Of a DNA stretch of 64,000 bases, positions 42,863 to 55,813 are shown in pieces. The notes beneath the pieces are model-generated. The model was not told the origin of the DNA. It did no database searches and worked only from the letters and a program-made list of their open reading frames with translations. The position numbers and the translations under genes were made by a program. The DNA comes from Lama guanicoe (Eukaryota). The DNA lies in NCBI GenBank assembly GCA_013239625.1, contig MU053792.1:948112-1012111 (forward strand). Direction: 5' to 3'. Each line of letters begins with the position of its first letter. Position 1 is the first letter of the stretch.

Positions 42863-42995
42863 GGGAAGGTATAGCTCAGGAGGTAGAGCATGTGTTTTAG
42901 CATTCACGAGGTCCTGGGTTCAATCCCCAGTATTCCCTCCAAAAACAAATATATAAGTAAACCTAAATACCTACCCCTTCAAAATAAATAAAAAA
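42863..42995 (+). mobile_element. tRNA-Ala-derived SINE of the camelid Vic-1 type, nested at the LTR edge
   Basis: gggaaggtatagctcaggaggtagagc...gaggtcctgggttcaatccccagta...aaacctaaatacctacccc, A-rich tail. Confidence 0.88.
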
Positions 42996-43054
42996 TTTTT
43001 TTAAAGAGGAAGAAATTTTCCTCTGCCCTTCAAGGTTCTTCTGGCTGGTCTAAG

Positions 43055-43588
43055 TGTTGCTGCAAAACTGGCCTCTGTACCCTGAAAGACAGATTGAGAC
43101 TTAGAGGCAGAGTTTTGGGAGAATCAGAAAATAACAGCTTTATTGCTTTGCCAGGCAAAGGAGAGTCACAGCAGGCAATGCCTTAGAGGCTGTGAATCCC
43201 TCTTGGGGTTGGGGTCTTGAGGTTTTATAGAAAAACTGGATGGAACAGAAGAGGCGATAACAATCAGGGCATTTTACAGGATGCTACATTCCTCTTGACC
43301 TCAGTGAACCTTCCTAGCATCATGTCGTGGAGGAGCTCTGGAGGGTCTGTCCACTCTTCTGAGATTTCAGCCTGTTAGGTCCTTCCTGGAGCATAGCCTC
43401 TAGGTTAAAGCTATTCTTAGTAAGGAATATATAGAAAGGAGAAAGCCTAATGGAAAATTGGGGAGGTTGTTTAGCAAAAAAGCAACAAGGGAGAAGGAGC
43501 AAGCTGCAGGACATCTCATTCCGAATGAGTCAGCGAACAGTTTTAGCATCAGGGAAGTCAGTCTGTAAGTTTACTTCCTACTCCTTCA
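43055..43588 (-). mobile_element. ERV1-type solo LTR nested in the proviral 3' LTR (534 bp)
   Basis: TG...CA ends; TSD taag/tgag; the sister LTR shows the empty site ggtctaagaattaaattg; minus-strand AATAAA (tttatt near 43139). Confidence 0.85.
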
Positions 43589-44384
43589 TGAGAATTAAAT
43601 TGATGTGAGATAGATTAACAAGAGAAAATCAAACAAAAGTTTAATAACTTGTATACATGGAGAGACACAGGAAAACTAACTTGTCAAATGGCCAAAACTC
43701 TCACCTTAAACTATCTTCAGCTAAAGGCAAAAGAAGATGTTGGGACTTCAAAGAGGGAGGAAGGCAATTCACATAGAGAGAGAAAAGCAAAATTCTGGGA
43801 AACGAATGTTTGCTGGGCCATGCGGAGACCATGGGACACAGAGTGGACTCTGATCTCTAAGAGTCTCCCCCATTATACCCAGCCCATATTCTTCATAGAC
43901 ATCTCTGGTGATAGCTTTATTCCGGTAAAAGACCCACTTTCTAAATTCTTATGACAGTTAGCAGGAAGGTCAAGGTTTCTTCGTGAGTTTTTTGGGCCTT
44001 GATTGTTTTCAGTCTGAAATAATTCGCATGCCAGAGCTATTTGGGGTTGGCAGATTTTGTTCTCCTTCTTTTAGAAGTTTCACAGTCCAGAAGTTGAATT
44101 GATAGATTGCTTTACATCTCACTGAATCAGTCTCATGGTCCTGACAATAGGTCAGTTCATTCTAGGATGTGATAATGCAGGCAGGCTCTCAAAGACCTGT
44201 AGGGTGCAAGCAATCAGCTATTTAATAAGAGGCATTTCTGTGGAGAAAAATGAAAAATAAATGTTAATGATTGGAGCAAATTATAAACCTGATGTCTGAG
44301 TCCTGAGAGCTGCCAGTCAAGAAGTTTTCTAGACATTAGGGGCAAAGCAGCAAGCACTGCAGTTTGAAATGTTTCTGATGGTGC

Positions 44385-44937
44385 TGTTGCAGGAGAAGAG
44401 GTACTGAGAGAATGGTCATATCCCAGGTCAGGCTGAGTTCCTGGGACAGGCTGCCAAGTGAGGGCAGGAAAAAGTGAGTGAGTCAAGAGTGAGTCCAAGT
44501 AGAGAGAAAGCAGATTCATTCAGGGAGATATACAATCCAGTAACAGAGTATGGACCAACTCAGAAAGTGAGAGCAGGCCCTGGGATGTGGGGTGGTTAGT
44601 TTTTATCAACCGGGTAATTTTGTAAGTTAGCAAGTGGAAGAATTATTCCAACTATTTCGGGGAAGAAGCAAGGATTTCCAGGAAGTGGGCCACTCCCCAA
44701 TTCTTGGCCTTTTATGGTCAGCCTCTAAACTGACATAGGCCCTGTGAGTATTTCACTTAGCATGCTAATTTATTACAATGAGCATATACTGTGGGTTAAA
44801 GTCTACCGGAAGTCAAATCCTCTGCCATGTTGGGCCTAGAAGGTTCCATCTAGTTTTTGTCATATCCTTTTTTTTTTCTTTCAAGGGATGTGTTATCATT
44901 TTAATGGTCATGCCCCGCCCCCTTCTCTCCTGTCTAA
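44385..44937 (-). mobile_element. ERV1-type solo LTR nested in the proviral internal region (~553 bp)
   Basis: tgttgcagga...ctcctgtctaa; shares tcaagagtgag, gggccact, ccttttatggtcagcct, catgctaat...acaatgag with the LTR at 55160-55813; degenerate TSD gtgc/atgt. Confidence 0.75.
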
Positions 44938-47900
44938 ATGTAATCGGGTGTTCAGGTAAACTTTTTGAGACAGTCATGAGATTTGTCTAAATATAGATAC
45001 TTACAGTGATCTCTCTTAAAATTATATCAGTTGTTCAGCTTTAGTTTCCAGGGTTTCAGGAAAAGGGCAGCTTTAGTTCCTAATGATTTCAAATGAAAAG
45101 GAGAAGCAGGAGAAAAATTGGAAACATTAGTTTAAACCATTGTAGCCACATATTTGAGGAAACTAGAAGAATTCAGGATTCCGTCCACTTGACAGTGGAA
45201 AAACAAACCTTGAAGATAATTAATACAACTACAACCTAGTAGCCATAACTATATTTTAGTTTCTGCTGGAACACATTTTTCTTCTCTAAAAATCACCTCA
45301 CTTTTATCAAAGAAAATCAAATTAAGACTAATTTGTTTGCAAAGTAAGTTCAGTGTGATTAAACTTGGCCTGCAAGGCCAGCAAGAATAGCAATTGACCA
45401 TATGGCACTTTTAAACCTATTTTGCTGGAACTTTTCAAGGGAACCCTTAGATTTGAACTTTTAAAGGCCTCTCAAGGCCAAGAACTTGCCATCAGATTTG
45501 TCTGTAGTATCTATACATTTGGGTCAATTCCTCTCTTCTTGAGGTCCCCAAGATATTCTGAGGTTCTTGGGCCTGCCAGGAAGTAACCTTCCTTACTCAC
45601 CTGGTAAGGCTGCTGGGAACCCTGTAATCAAGATGCCAGGCTGTTTTTCAAGGAGTTTTATGGGTCTATAAAGTCAATCTTAGTTCCTTAAAGCTGTCTG
45701 GTCATATCTGATTCTATGCACATTCACAAATATGACATTCCAGTCAAAGACTTGGTAATATAACCAATGTTTCCAGTGATCTCCTGTTACAAGGGGAACA
45801 GATTCTTAGTGAACTTTTGTAAATAACTATACTGCCATGAAAATAGGAATACTCATTATGAGTTTCCAAAGTCTGAAGGAATCAGGTAGGGAGAAAAAGG
45901 TCTTTCAATTCTATTTACAAAGGTATAATTTACCAAATTGCTGTAAGTCATAGAGGAAATGTTCCCTTATATCTAGAATGCAAAGATTAAAAAGCCAGTA
46001 ATATTTCAGACAAAAAGTCATAAAGATTATAAACCATATTCATCAGTTCATTCTTGTTGAACTTGATCTTCTGTTAGAAGTTTTATGCAGCCATTAGGTT
46101 TTTCATTAGAGTTCTATAATTTCTTACCATTTTAGTTGTATGATCTGAAAGTTATCATAAACTTATATTTGCCCAAAAGTCCTTTTTATGAATCTTCTTG
46201 AAGATCTTCATTTTTTGTAAAAGCATCTTAGTAAAACAATAACTGTCCATAAATGACAAAAGGCTTAAAATTGCATTGTTAAAGATCTGATTGCAATGCA
46301 GTTGACAAGAAAATTTGGCAATTTCTGTGACATACAACATTTTAAGGTAATAAATAGAACTAAGTCTGATAGCATGCCAGGATCCAAATTTTAGGAATTT
46401 CATATAACTTCTAGAATATCTATATGAGTAACATTTACCCATACAGTATAGCTTAAGGACGCTTATCATCACTCATTTGACAATGCTTCCCGTGTAATTT
46501 AACACATCACTAAGCCTAATTAGGTTAATATCTCTCTTTGAGATGTTTCAGGGACCCTCTAAAACATACCAAAGTTAGCTAGAGGTCAAAAGGACTTTAT
46601 TAAGAATTTGATTTGGGGAAGTTTGTCAAAGGTACCAAAAGGTTTTAAAACACTTGGTCAAATAGGAATATAGGTCACTGTGAGACAATACTTATTCACT
46701 TAATCAAAGTGATGATAAAAGATTTGAAAGGTAAATACAAAAAGTTATAACACATTCCTTAAATGATAAGAAACTTTACAATCTGTTATCAAAGTAGAAC
46801 AATATTCCAAGAAAATTTTGTCCTCTTAGCAGAAAAAAAAAATCTAATTTTGTACCAGCTTACTTTTAATATTAGATAATGCTAATGTTCACTCAATTAA
46901 ATTCATTTTAAGCTTAGCCAGTCCTGACAATGCACAAAACTATTTTTTTGTAGGATTCCTTTTCCACAAACCTTCTATAAGTTTGTTTCTCACCTTCAGA
47001 TTTTGACCTATGATTTCTCTTTTACTCTCTCCCTATTTTTTAACCTCTTTCTAGTGCAGAATTACTTTCTTTTCCCTTAACAGAATGTATTTCCACTCCT
47101 TATATCTTTTTTCTTGCTTATGAAGATGTTTTCCTTGTTAATTTTACTAGTTTTAATTATATGGATTAATTAGGATTCTTAATCATTCAAAACCTTAATT
47201 TCTAATGAAATTAAGAAGTGAGCAATTGTAAACTGTTATATCAGTATTTTTTTAATTGTCAAACTTATGAATATATTTTATAATTTCTGAAAACTTACAT
47301 TTCCTCATAGCATATTTTTTTCCAGTGTGGTATATCACATGTTTCCAACAAACACAAACATTTTTACTTTTTCTGTAATAAGAAGACAAAAGAAGGCTTA
47401 GATTTGTTTAGTAATTAATGTTCAATATTTTAGCTTCTCTGGAAATGATCTAGATGTTCCCATCATTTGACTTAACTTAGCAAAACCCTAAAGCTTCAAG
47501 TCAGCAAAAAAAAAATTAGGGAAAAATATTTATAAGTATACATGCCATAAAAACATAATTATTCTTGAAAAGTTTACCTAAAAACTTGTGTTTCATTTAA
47601 ATTTATTTAATTATAAAAATTTTATCATACAAGTTATCTTTTTTGTTTTTGCTGACAAATTTTGTAACAGAGATAACTGAGTTGATTTGACCTGTGGTAA
47701 ATCTAGTAAAATATATCTTACGTTTAATGCTGATAACTCTCAAGATAAGCCTATTTGATTAAACCAACAAATTTAAACTTTCTTTTATTTATTAAAGATT
47801 AATCCAAGATTACATAAACTTGAAAACATTTGAGTTTGTTTCTACTACATTTAGAAATATTTAACAAATAAGTGCTTACCTTTAAGTCAATTAAAAAGAG

Positions 47901-48012
47901 CTCTTTTACAAATTAATTTTGGTAATTCCACTTGAAGATAGAAAAATACCATATCTATATTGTACACACATAGACACCACTAGAGATCTCATAACTTTCA
48001 TTTTAAAACTTT

Positions 48013-48126
48013 TATTTTTTTAACATTTTTTATTGAGTTATAGTCATTTCACAATGTTGTGTCGAATTCCAGTGTAGAGCACAATTTTTCAGTTATACAT
48101 GAACATACATATATTCATTGTCACAT
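48013..48126 (-). mobile_element. Very short 5'-truncated LINE-1 3' end nested in the provirus
   Basis: T-rich tail then tattgagttatagtcatttcacaatgttgtg...atacatgaacatacatatattc, homologous to 25810-25900; 12-bp TSD ttttaaaacttt at 48001-48012 and 48127-48138. Confidence 0.85.
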
Positions 48127-50617
48127 TTTTAAAACTTTAGTAACGAATCAAGTACAACACAAAACACTAGTTTCTAAATAATAGTTGGAATAAGTTAAGT
48201 TGATCTGCTCAGAAGGCTCTTTACCATTTTTGGAAAAGATTTTTAAGATTTGTATTTGCTGTCAATAAATCCTCAAGGAGGCTGTGAATTCAATTTAGGG
48301 TAAGGGAGCATTTCCAGCAGATTGTACTTTTTAAAAGGCCTCTTTTTTCCCCACTTTGGTTTTTCAGATTCTACCTGAATGAGTCAACCAGGCTGTCTCA
48401 GGCCACTGTGCGCTGTATTTACATTTCTGATTGTGTAGTGATTTTTAAGACAAAGACGATTGCTTTCAATTTCCCCAGAGCACTGGGCTGCTGCCTAAAT
48501 GACATTGAAAGGCTGATCTGCTCATCCAACTAGGTTTTCTTTAATTTTCTTCTTTACATCACAGAGAGGATGTCTAGCTAATATGGAAACCAAGAGATTT
48601 CTATGTTCTAGAACTTTAGGATTCAAGCCATCATGCCTTCAAAAACTCTGCACAAGGCACTCAATAAAGGCCCTCTTTCTGGGCACACAAGTCAACCCCA
48701 TACAATTCACTTGAGGGGCAAAATCTTCCACTATTGCTTCCACTATTGAATATCGGCCCCCAGTTTCCATCTCATATTATGTGAGCTCAGGCAACCCTAT
48801 TCACTTCTTTTAGCGTGTTGAGTTAACACTTCCTAAAGGGTGGATTTACTTGCCCTATGTTACAACCACTGACAAGGGAAACATTTCCCACTGAGTCACA
48901 ATGCCCATCCCCACAATACAATCAGGCAAAAGAGATGCAACCATCTTACATAAAGTCCATCCAAATACACCAATTTTCCTGTAAACTTTCGTCTCAGTTC
49001 CATCAATTCTTATACCTTTAATCTTCATTTCCATTAGGACCTTGTCAACAAGTCTCTGTCTTACAAAGAGTCCCAGAAACTTTTCCTTTTTGGCCCCCAG
49101 TCACTTTATTCCTGTATAAAAGGCTTTGGAGACCCCAGAAAGGGGTTAAACCAAGGGACCCAAGCCCTTTTGTCAATCTTTAACTTGATTAATCAGCTTA
49201 ACTGTTGCCTCAAGAAACTACTGGTCAGGTTTCTCAGTGTAATTTTTTTTTCTTTCTAGTCTTAAATTTATCTAAATTGGGGTAATTACAGCAGATTTGT
49301 TTGGAGTCCTTTAACACTAGGGGCCACCAAAAGGGGACCCTTTTGGCTCACGCAATCTTAGGTAGTGCTGTAGTAAAAAACCTTTGTTTTGATCCCATCA
49401 ATGGTCATTTTATTTATCTCTATCCTTAATAATCATCTAAAGAGTTCCATCTTGCTGTGATGAGCTCCATGACTCTTCCCATTCTGATTTCTCTTTATTC
49501 CACCACTTTCAATATTTGCTTTATTTACTTTATGTTTTAACAACCCTTTAAAAATTTCCACCTTATTGGGAAGAGTCTCTTTTCCTTGAATTTTCTTACT
49601 GATTAACCTAATGTTTTTATTAGCCTCTGTAAGAATCATTGAGGGGAAGCTGAGACTACAAATTCAATAAGGCTTTCTGGACAAGATTTTTTGTTTGTTT
49701 GTGTTTATTTTTAAAACTAAGGGAGTTCTTAGCGTTAGCTGGTATATTTCCTTGTATCCATTTTTTTATTTGGTCTCTCCATAGGTACCAGTAAAACAGC
49801 TAATTAAGGATGAGAGCTTTCTAAAAATTGACCAATTTAGAAGTTTTCTCCAATTCAGAGGATTCATCATCTGGTCATTGATGAGTAGGATCTTAACAGT
49901 GACTAAAACCAATAAGCCTATTTATGGAAAGATCCTGAGATAACTTTCCAAACAGTACCATGGACACAAGAGGTGTCCCCAGTTAGGACAGAGATGATGT
50001 AGTCCCTATGTTCCAAAAATAGTCTAAGAATATTTGAGAAGATAAAAGCCCCTGATCGACTGGGCCCCATATGACAAAACTCTCCTGAGAGCTGGCACAG
50101 CTGTGCAAAGAGACTGCTCAGAATCCCAGTCTACTTAACTGGCTACCAAATGCATACTGGTATGTGTGCCTGTGGATGGCAGAGACCAATGAGATTTTTC
50201 TCATTGGTATATAAATCAAGCTCTCAAGACATAGAACAAGGCAAAAGGAAAATCTAATCAGACCAATGATTTTCCTCGTTATAACAAATGACCCAAAAGA
50301 CAAAGAAAAAAAAGTGACCGTATCTGGGAGGAAAAGGAACAACAAAACAAGAGTACTCTACCAAATTTTAAACCAGAAGTCACCAAGTCCAAGGAGTTGG
50401 CCTCACAAGAATTTTTTCCTGCTAATCTAATCTGAGAAAAGAGGAAAACTCTTACCACTCTCTTCTCCAACAGAGCCTGCAGAAAGAGATCTAGAAGACT
50501 GACATGGTAAGAAATATAACTTTCTACTGGCTTTTGCCAGGTGCCCCAGGGTCTCTTAACTGCAACAACTTTGGGAGAAGTAGTGTTCAGTAGTGTTCAG
50601 TGAAGTTGAATCTCATC

Positions 50618-51175
50618 TGTCAGAGAAGAAGGAATTTTCCTTTACCCTTCTGGGTTCTTCTGGCTGGTCTAAGAATTAAATTGCTACGAGACAGATTCAT
50701 AGGAGAAAATCAAACAAAAGTTTAACAATATGTGTACATAGACACGGGAAAATTTAGTAATTCACAAAAATGGCCCAAATCCTCACCTTGAATACTATTT
50801 TTAGCTAAAGACAAAAGAGGACATTGTGGGTAGTTGTTGGAACATCAAAAGAGGAGGAAGACATTTCACATGAAGACAGAAAAGCAAAAGTTGGGGAAAT
50901 AAATATTTGCTGCACCATGCAGAGACAATGGGACACAGAGTGGACTCCAATCTAACAGTTTCTCCCATTATACCTAGCCCGTGTTCTTTGTAGATGTCTA
51001 GTGATAGAGCTATCTATCCTATAACTATTCCTATAACAGGTACCTTGTCTAAATTCTTAGGGCAGTTAGTAGGAAGATCAAAGTTTCTTTCTGACTCTTT
51101 TGGGTCTTGGTTGTTTTCAGTTTGAAATAATTCACACACCAGACATACTCTGGGCTGGCAAATTTCGTTCCCCTG
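50618..51175 (-). repeat. 5' LTR of the provirus (uninterrupted, ~560 bp)
   Basis: tgtcagagaagaaggaattttcc...ggcaaatttcgttcccctg; colinear with the 3' LTR; right boundary uncertain by a few bases. Confidence 0.8.
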
Positions 51176-51298
51176 TGACTCACTGAAATTGTATATCAAT
51201 CTGGATTTTGCATGTTTGTGCATTGTTCCTGAGAAAGTATCCATGCTTTCATTGACTTCTAAAAGAGGTCCACGACCCAAAGGAGGATAGAAAAGTCT
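51173..51298. mobile_element. hAT-type MITE relic abutting the provirus
   Basis: ctgtgactcactgaaattgtat...tccatgctttcattgacttctaaaagaggtccacgacccaaagg resembles an old hAT-Charlie non-autonomous element. Confidence 0.45.
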
Positions 51299-53149
51299 AC
51301 TCTGTGACCTAAAATTGACAAAATCATGAAACTACCCTGAGTGAAATATTTGTAATTAAATGTTTTATTTTTCATAATCTCTAGCTAGCATGCTGACTAA
51401 ATTACTGGCAGACACTCTCACAAAAATCAGTGTTCCTTCTAAGAATCACATTCTTCAGATCGAGTTCTCAAATAGGAATTAGTCATGCAAACTCCAAAGA
51501 ACACAACTTAGAGACAATTCCTGGAATTTAGCCCAGTATCAATTCAATTTGTTCAGTTCTTTTTGACTCAATTGGAGTGTGAAGTACAAACCATTTCTAT
51601 ACACTAATTTGATAGCACATGTGTCATCCAAAACCCAAAATAAAGACAGTAAATCCCTCATTATCAAAGTGGTTTCAAATGCTTCTTGTAAATCATGCTG
51701 GGTCTGAATTGTCTTTCACATAGGAAAATTTTCCTTCAGATTTTTGATATTAAATTATTGATCAATATTGACATTTTATGTAAACCTTACTTGCCATCAC
51801 ATAAGCGAACCGGAGTGAAAATTTAATTATCTTTTCTAGAAATGATTGCATATATATGTAGAGCAACTTAGCTCAAATTCCGCCTTTGGAAATGAGCACA
51901 CAAATCCAATGAAGCAAAAGGAGTTTTGTGCTTATTTACTGGAAGGAAAAATTGGGGAAGAAAAATAATAGTACAGCTAGAAGTTAAATTGAAAACTTAG
52001 TGGAACATTGAGAAATAATTGAGAATTAGTCAGTCTTCCAGACCTAAATATCTATAAAGTGTAGAATTGTGAATGCAAATACTTTCCCTTAAGATCAGAC
52101 ATATTTAGTTCTTATTATTTGACAGCCTGTTGATTTTTATTTACTTTAAATATTTTCTTCAGTGATAAAATAGTTCTTTTTCTTAGCTAGTTATTAACTA
52201 ACTGCATACAAAATTCTATGGTTTGTTGTAAATTCTCTGTTTTTCTGCTAATTTCCTCTACCTTTATATGGTGGGGGTAGGGGTGTGGAGGGGACAGAAG
52301 GACATCATTAAATTACAAAAGTAAAATCCCATGTGATATTTCCTCCTCCCTACCTATCCCATCTTGTTACATGGGATGGACTTTCCTTTATGCAACACTT
52401 GTTACAGTCCTGACAATGCGGCCACCCAAATAACAGAATGAATAGTCTATACAGAGTTGACTATTAATTTTTTGAAAAATTATTATTTTCTTATTAGAGT
52501 GGTCCTGGAAAATCCTCTGCATATATTTACTTGCTGCATAACAAAATTTAAATCAAATGAGTTTTCCAATCTGGAATTTTAGTTCAATTTCAAAACAAAA
52601 GGGGATAGAGTAAATATGTCATATGATGGAAGATTTTTTTTAATTGCCTTTTTAAAAATTCCTGCAAAAAATCAAAACGGACTTTTTCCTTAGAGTCCCT
52701 AATACTTGTTTGGGGAAGAGCATAGTTGCCAGGCATGGAATCCCTTTTTCTAAAAACAGAGGTATGTACTTTTTTTTTAATGGCCCACTTAGTAGGACTC
52801 ATTTGTTCACAATTACATTTATTTAATCTGGCATAAAGGAAAAAATTAACCATCTATGTAAGTTAATGTGAAACAGAAAGGCTTGTCTCTAAACCACTAA
52901 AAATTCCATTAACTCCCACCTCTCTGCCTGACCTGTTCCCCTCAAATAACGTAGAACCTTTGTAGAAGTCAAGTGCATCATCACGTGTTCTCCCTCCAGC
53001 CTGTGACTAGAGACACAAAACCAAGTGACCAAAGCAAACCACATTATCAAAGCAATGAAAGGTTTCCTGAGGTCCTTAAGAACGACTCCTAAATTCTACC
53101 TCTTTCTCAATTTTTCTTGATCCAAAATAGAATATATATTTTGATTTGC

Positions 53150-54200
53150 ATGAAATAATTATATTAGTCATTGTACTATAAAATAATTGTGAGGCTTTTC
53201 ATTTGTTCTTTACTGATTATCAAAGTGTCAGCTTTTCATTGCAGAAAATTTTGGGTGAGTGGGGAAGCATAAAGAACAATATGCAATCCAAATTAATCAT
53301 AATCCCAGTACCTGCAGACAGCTATTTGTTTATTTCTTTCCAGTATTTTTCCATTAACATTTATATGTATATATATAAATATATGAACATTATATATTTT
53401 TCTCAAATTAAGATCACAATGAATGTACAAATTTGGTTCTTTCTTTCACTTAACATTAAGCATTTCTTCTTTCATTAAATCGTTTAATGATTGTTAAACA
53501 TTCAGCCATATGGATTATTGGTGCTTATCAATATTATCACCTCAAGAGCTTCATAAAAATGTAGATACACTGCCCCCAATTCACAGTATTCTGATACAGC
53601 AAGTTTAGCCCTGAGCATCTGTATTTGTAATAAGTGGTTCTGACACTTACATCAAGCTTGAAAACCGCTGTTGTGCACTAAAATCTACTGAATTCTCTCT
53701 TTCTGTTGGGCATGTAAATTGCTTTCAGTGTTTTGCTATGTAAATATATTACAATATTTATTATGTTACTTTGTCAACATCATTGATTAATTTCCCATCA
53801 TTGACTCCTCAAAGGGAAATTATTATTAATAATTATCAACATTATCAATAATTATGAAGCATAAGAATTACTTTTAAGTTTTTGCTGTATAAAGCCATAT
53901 TATTTTCTTTCCAAATTTTAATTCTACTTTCAGTGTATAAGGACACATATTAAACCCCTGACTATACTGAACATTATCTTTATTTTTATCTTTCCCTATG
54001 TGAATAGCAAAAAATTAGTTTGCATTTCTTTAATGCACATTAGTTTAATTCCAAATAAGGTTAAATTATTTTTATATGATTTGTCTTTCTTCCTGCATAA
54101 ACTATCTATCAATATCCTTTACAGATTTTAAAAGGGATTTTCTAATATGTTTACACAATTTCTTACTGATTCACATAATTTTTAAGTTTTTAAAAATATA
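53150..54200 (-). mobile_element. Ancient L1 (L1ME-like) relic with a nested MER5-like element at ~53518-53670
   Basis: tctgttgggcatgtaaattgctttcagtgttttgctatgtaaata and tttgcatttctttaat are old L1 reverse-strand motifs; aaaaatgtagatacactgccccc...aagcttgaaaaccgctg is MER5A-like. Confidence 0.5.
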
Positions 54201-55159
54201 TAATTAAGATTAATTAGAACTATGCAAAAATTTTTTAGCATCACTCAAGTAAACATTCCAAATATTTTAACACCTAGTATTTAAATTTTATAGAAAGTTT
54301 AGGATGAAGAGACTGCTTAAGTTAAAGGAGCACAGGCTTAAAACTAGGGAGACTTTCTCCTGTGTATGTAATTAATGGATCCTTTTTTATAAAGACAGTA
54401 AAGCACTAGCAAAATCACACAGCAGTTTAGACAAATAAAATCCATTAGGTCCATGTATTACTGATATCAAAACCAAAAATGAAGTGTTCATCCTACTAAG
54501 TAGAAGGTAATTGAATTTGTTTTAACCAGACTAAATACAATATTGCAAGCTATTTACAAATTACAGATACCCTAAATAGCTTGTGTGCAAACAATGACTA
54601 AATTTAAGGTTTGTATATCATTCTTTTATAATAATATTCTCAAATCCAGGAAAGCATAAGAATACTTTACGTTTTAAACAAACTTTTTAAAATTTCTGTA
54701 TTTATGTAGATATATATTTGATCAGATGTAAACTTTAATATTGTACCAACAGAAAAATTATACTACAAGAAATATGGTCTAGAAGTTAGTATAATGAATA
54801 AGGCATAAAGTAAGCAAAAAAGCATATCCAGATCTATAGAATTTAAAGATAAATTATTTATGGAAGAATAGAGAGTAAGCAATAAATATCTTAGCCTGAA
54901 TTAAGCATACTTTCAACAAGGAAATCTTATTTTGCACTAGCCTAACTTACCCAAAATTAATAAATGGAAGATGTTTAAGTCTGTTAGTTCCCATTCTAAA
55001 GCTTTTGTTTAGTTAACAAAAATGGGCTCCAGATGCTAGGGCAATACGGGATAGATTTTCACGCTCTCAATCTCAACTGAATGAAATTTCAGGAGTAAAA
55101 ACCCTCGGAAGTTTTCCAGAGGTCCTGGAATTTGTCCAGGTGAGCATTTTTGTTTGAGA

Positions 55160-55813
55160 TGATACAGAAAAAATGAATGTGGGGCATGAGGAGGGCAGTG
55201 TCTCAGGTCTTGGCTGAGCCCCTGGGATGTGCCCTACCAGGTGTGGGTCCTTGGCTTCATGCAGGGAAGAATTCAAGAGTGAGCCACTGTTGAGTAAATG
55301 TAGATTTATTTAGAGAGATACATACTACATAGAGGGCAGGCTGTTTCAGAAGGCAAGAGAAAGGCCACGAGGTATGGGGATTGGATGCTCAGGTTAAAGT
55401 AAAAGTCAATACAAACTCCATCCATGGAGTGCAGGCCGTCTCCGAAGACAGGAGAGGCAGCCATGAGGAGTGGTGTTGCCAGTTTTTATGGGCTTGGTAG
55501 CTTCATATGCTAACAAGTAGGAGGACCATTCCAACCACCGTGGGGAAGGGGCTGGGATTCCCAGCAACTGGGCCACTGCCTACTCTTTGACCTTTTATGG
55601 TCAGCCTTGGGACTGTCATGGTACCTGTGGGCATGTTGCCATGCTAATATTTCACAATGAGTGCATAATGAAGCCCAAGGTCTACTAGGAGTCAAATCTC
55701 CCCACCATTTTGATCTTCAACTCCTACTGGGAGTTGAATCTTCCAACATTTTGGTGTGAATTGCTGTGTCATTCTTTGAATGGCTGTGCCCTGCCCGCTT
55801 CCCTCCTGGCTCA
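55160..55813 (-). mobile_element. ERV1-type solo LTR (~654 bp)
   Basis: tgatacagaa...ccctcctggctca (TG...CA); minus-strand AATAAA (gatttattt near 55305); related to LTRs at 44385 and 36985; no matching TSD seen. Confidence 0.8.

Larger units (their letters stand above)
42853..44068 (-). repeat. 3' LTR of the provirus, split by a SINE and a solo LTR
   Basis: tgtcag [SINE] agaggaagaaattttcctctgcccttc...ctggctggtctaag [LTR] aattaaattg...ggcagattttgttctcc aligns with 50618-51175. Confidence 0.8.
42853..51175 (-). mobile_element. Two-LTR ERV1 (MER4-group-like, apparently non-autonomous) provirus, about 8.3 kb including nested insertions
   Basis: Homologous LTRs at 42853-44068 (interrupted) and 50618-51175; AT-rich internal region with MER4-group-like motifs (gggcctgccaggaagtaaccttccttactcacctg); minus-strand leader splice donor (cttacc near 50451); no intact gag/pol/env frame found. 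Outer TSD and PBS not clearly preserved. Confidence 0.8.

Noticed and set aside
55716..55738. Hairpin ttcaactcc-tactg-ggagttgaa
   Set aside because: Short stem inside a solo LTR, likely part of the element's own internal repeat.
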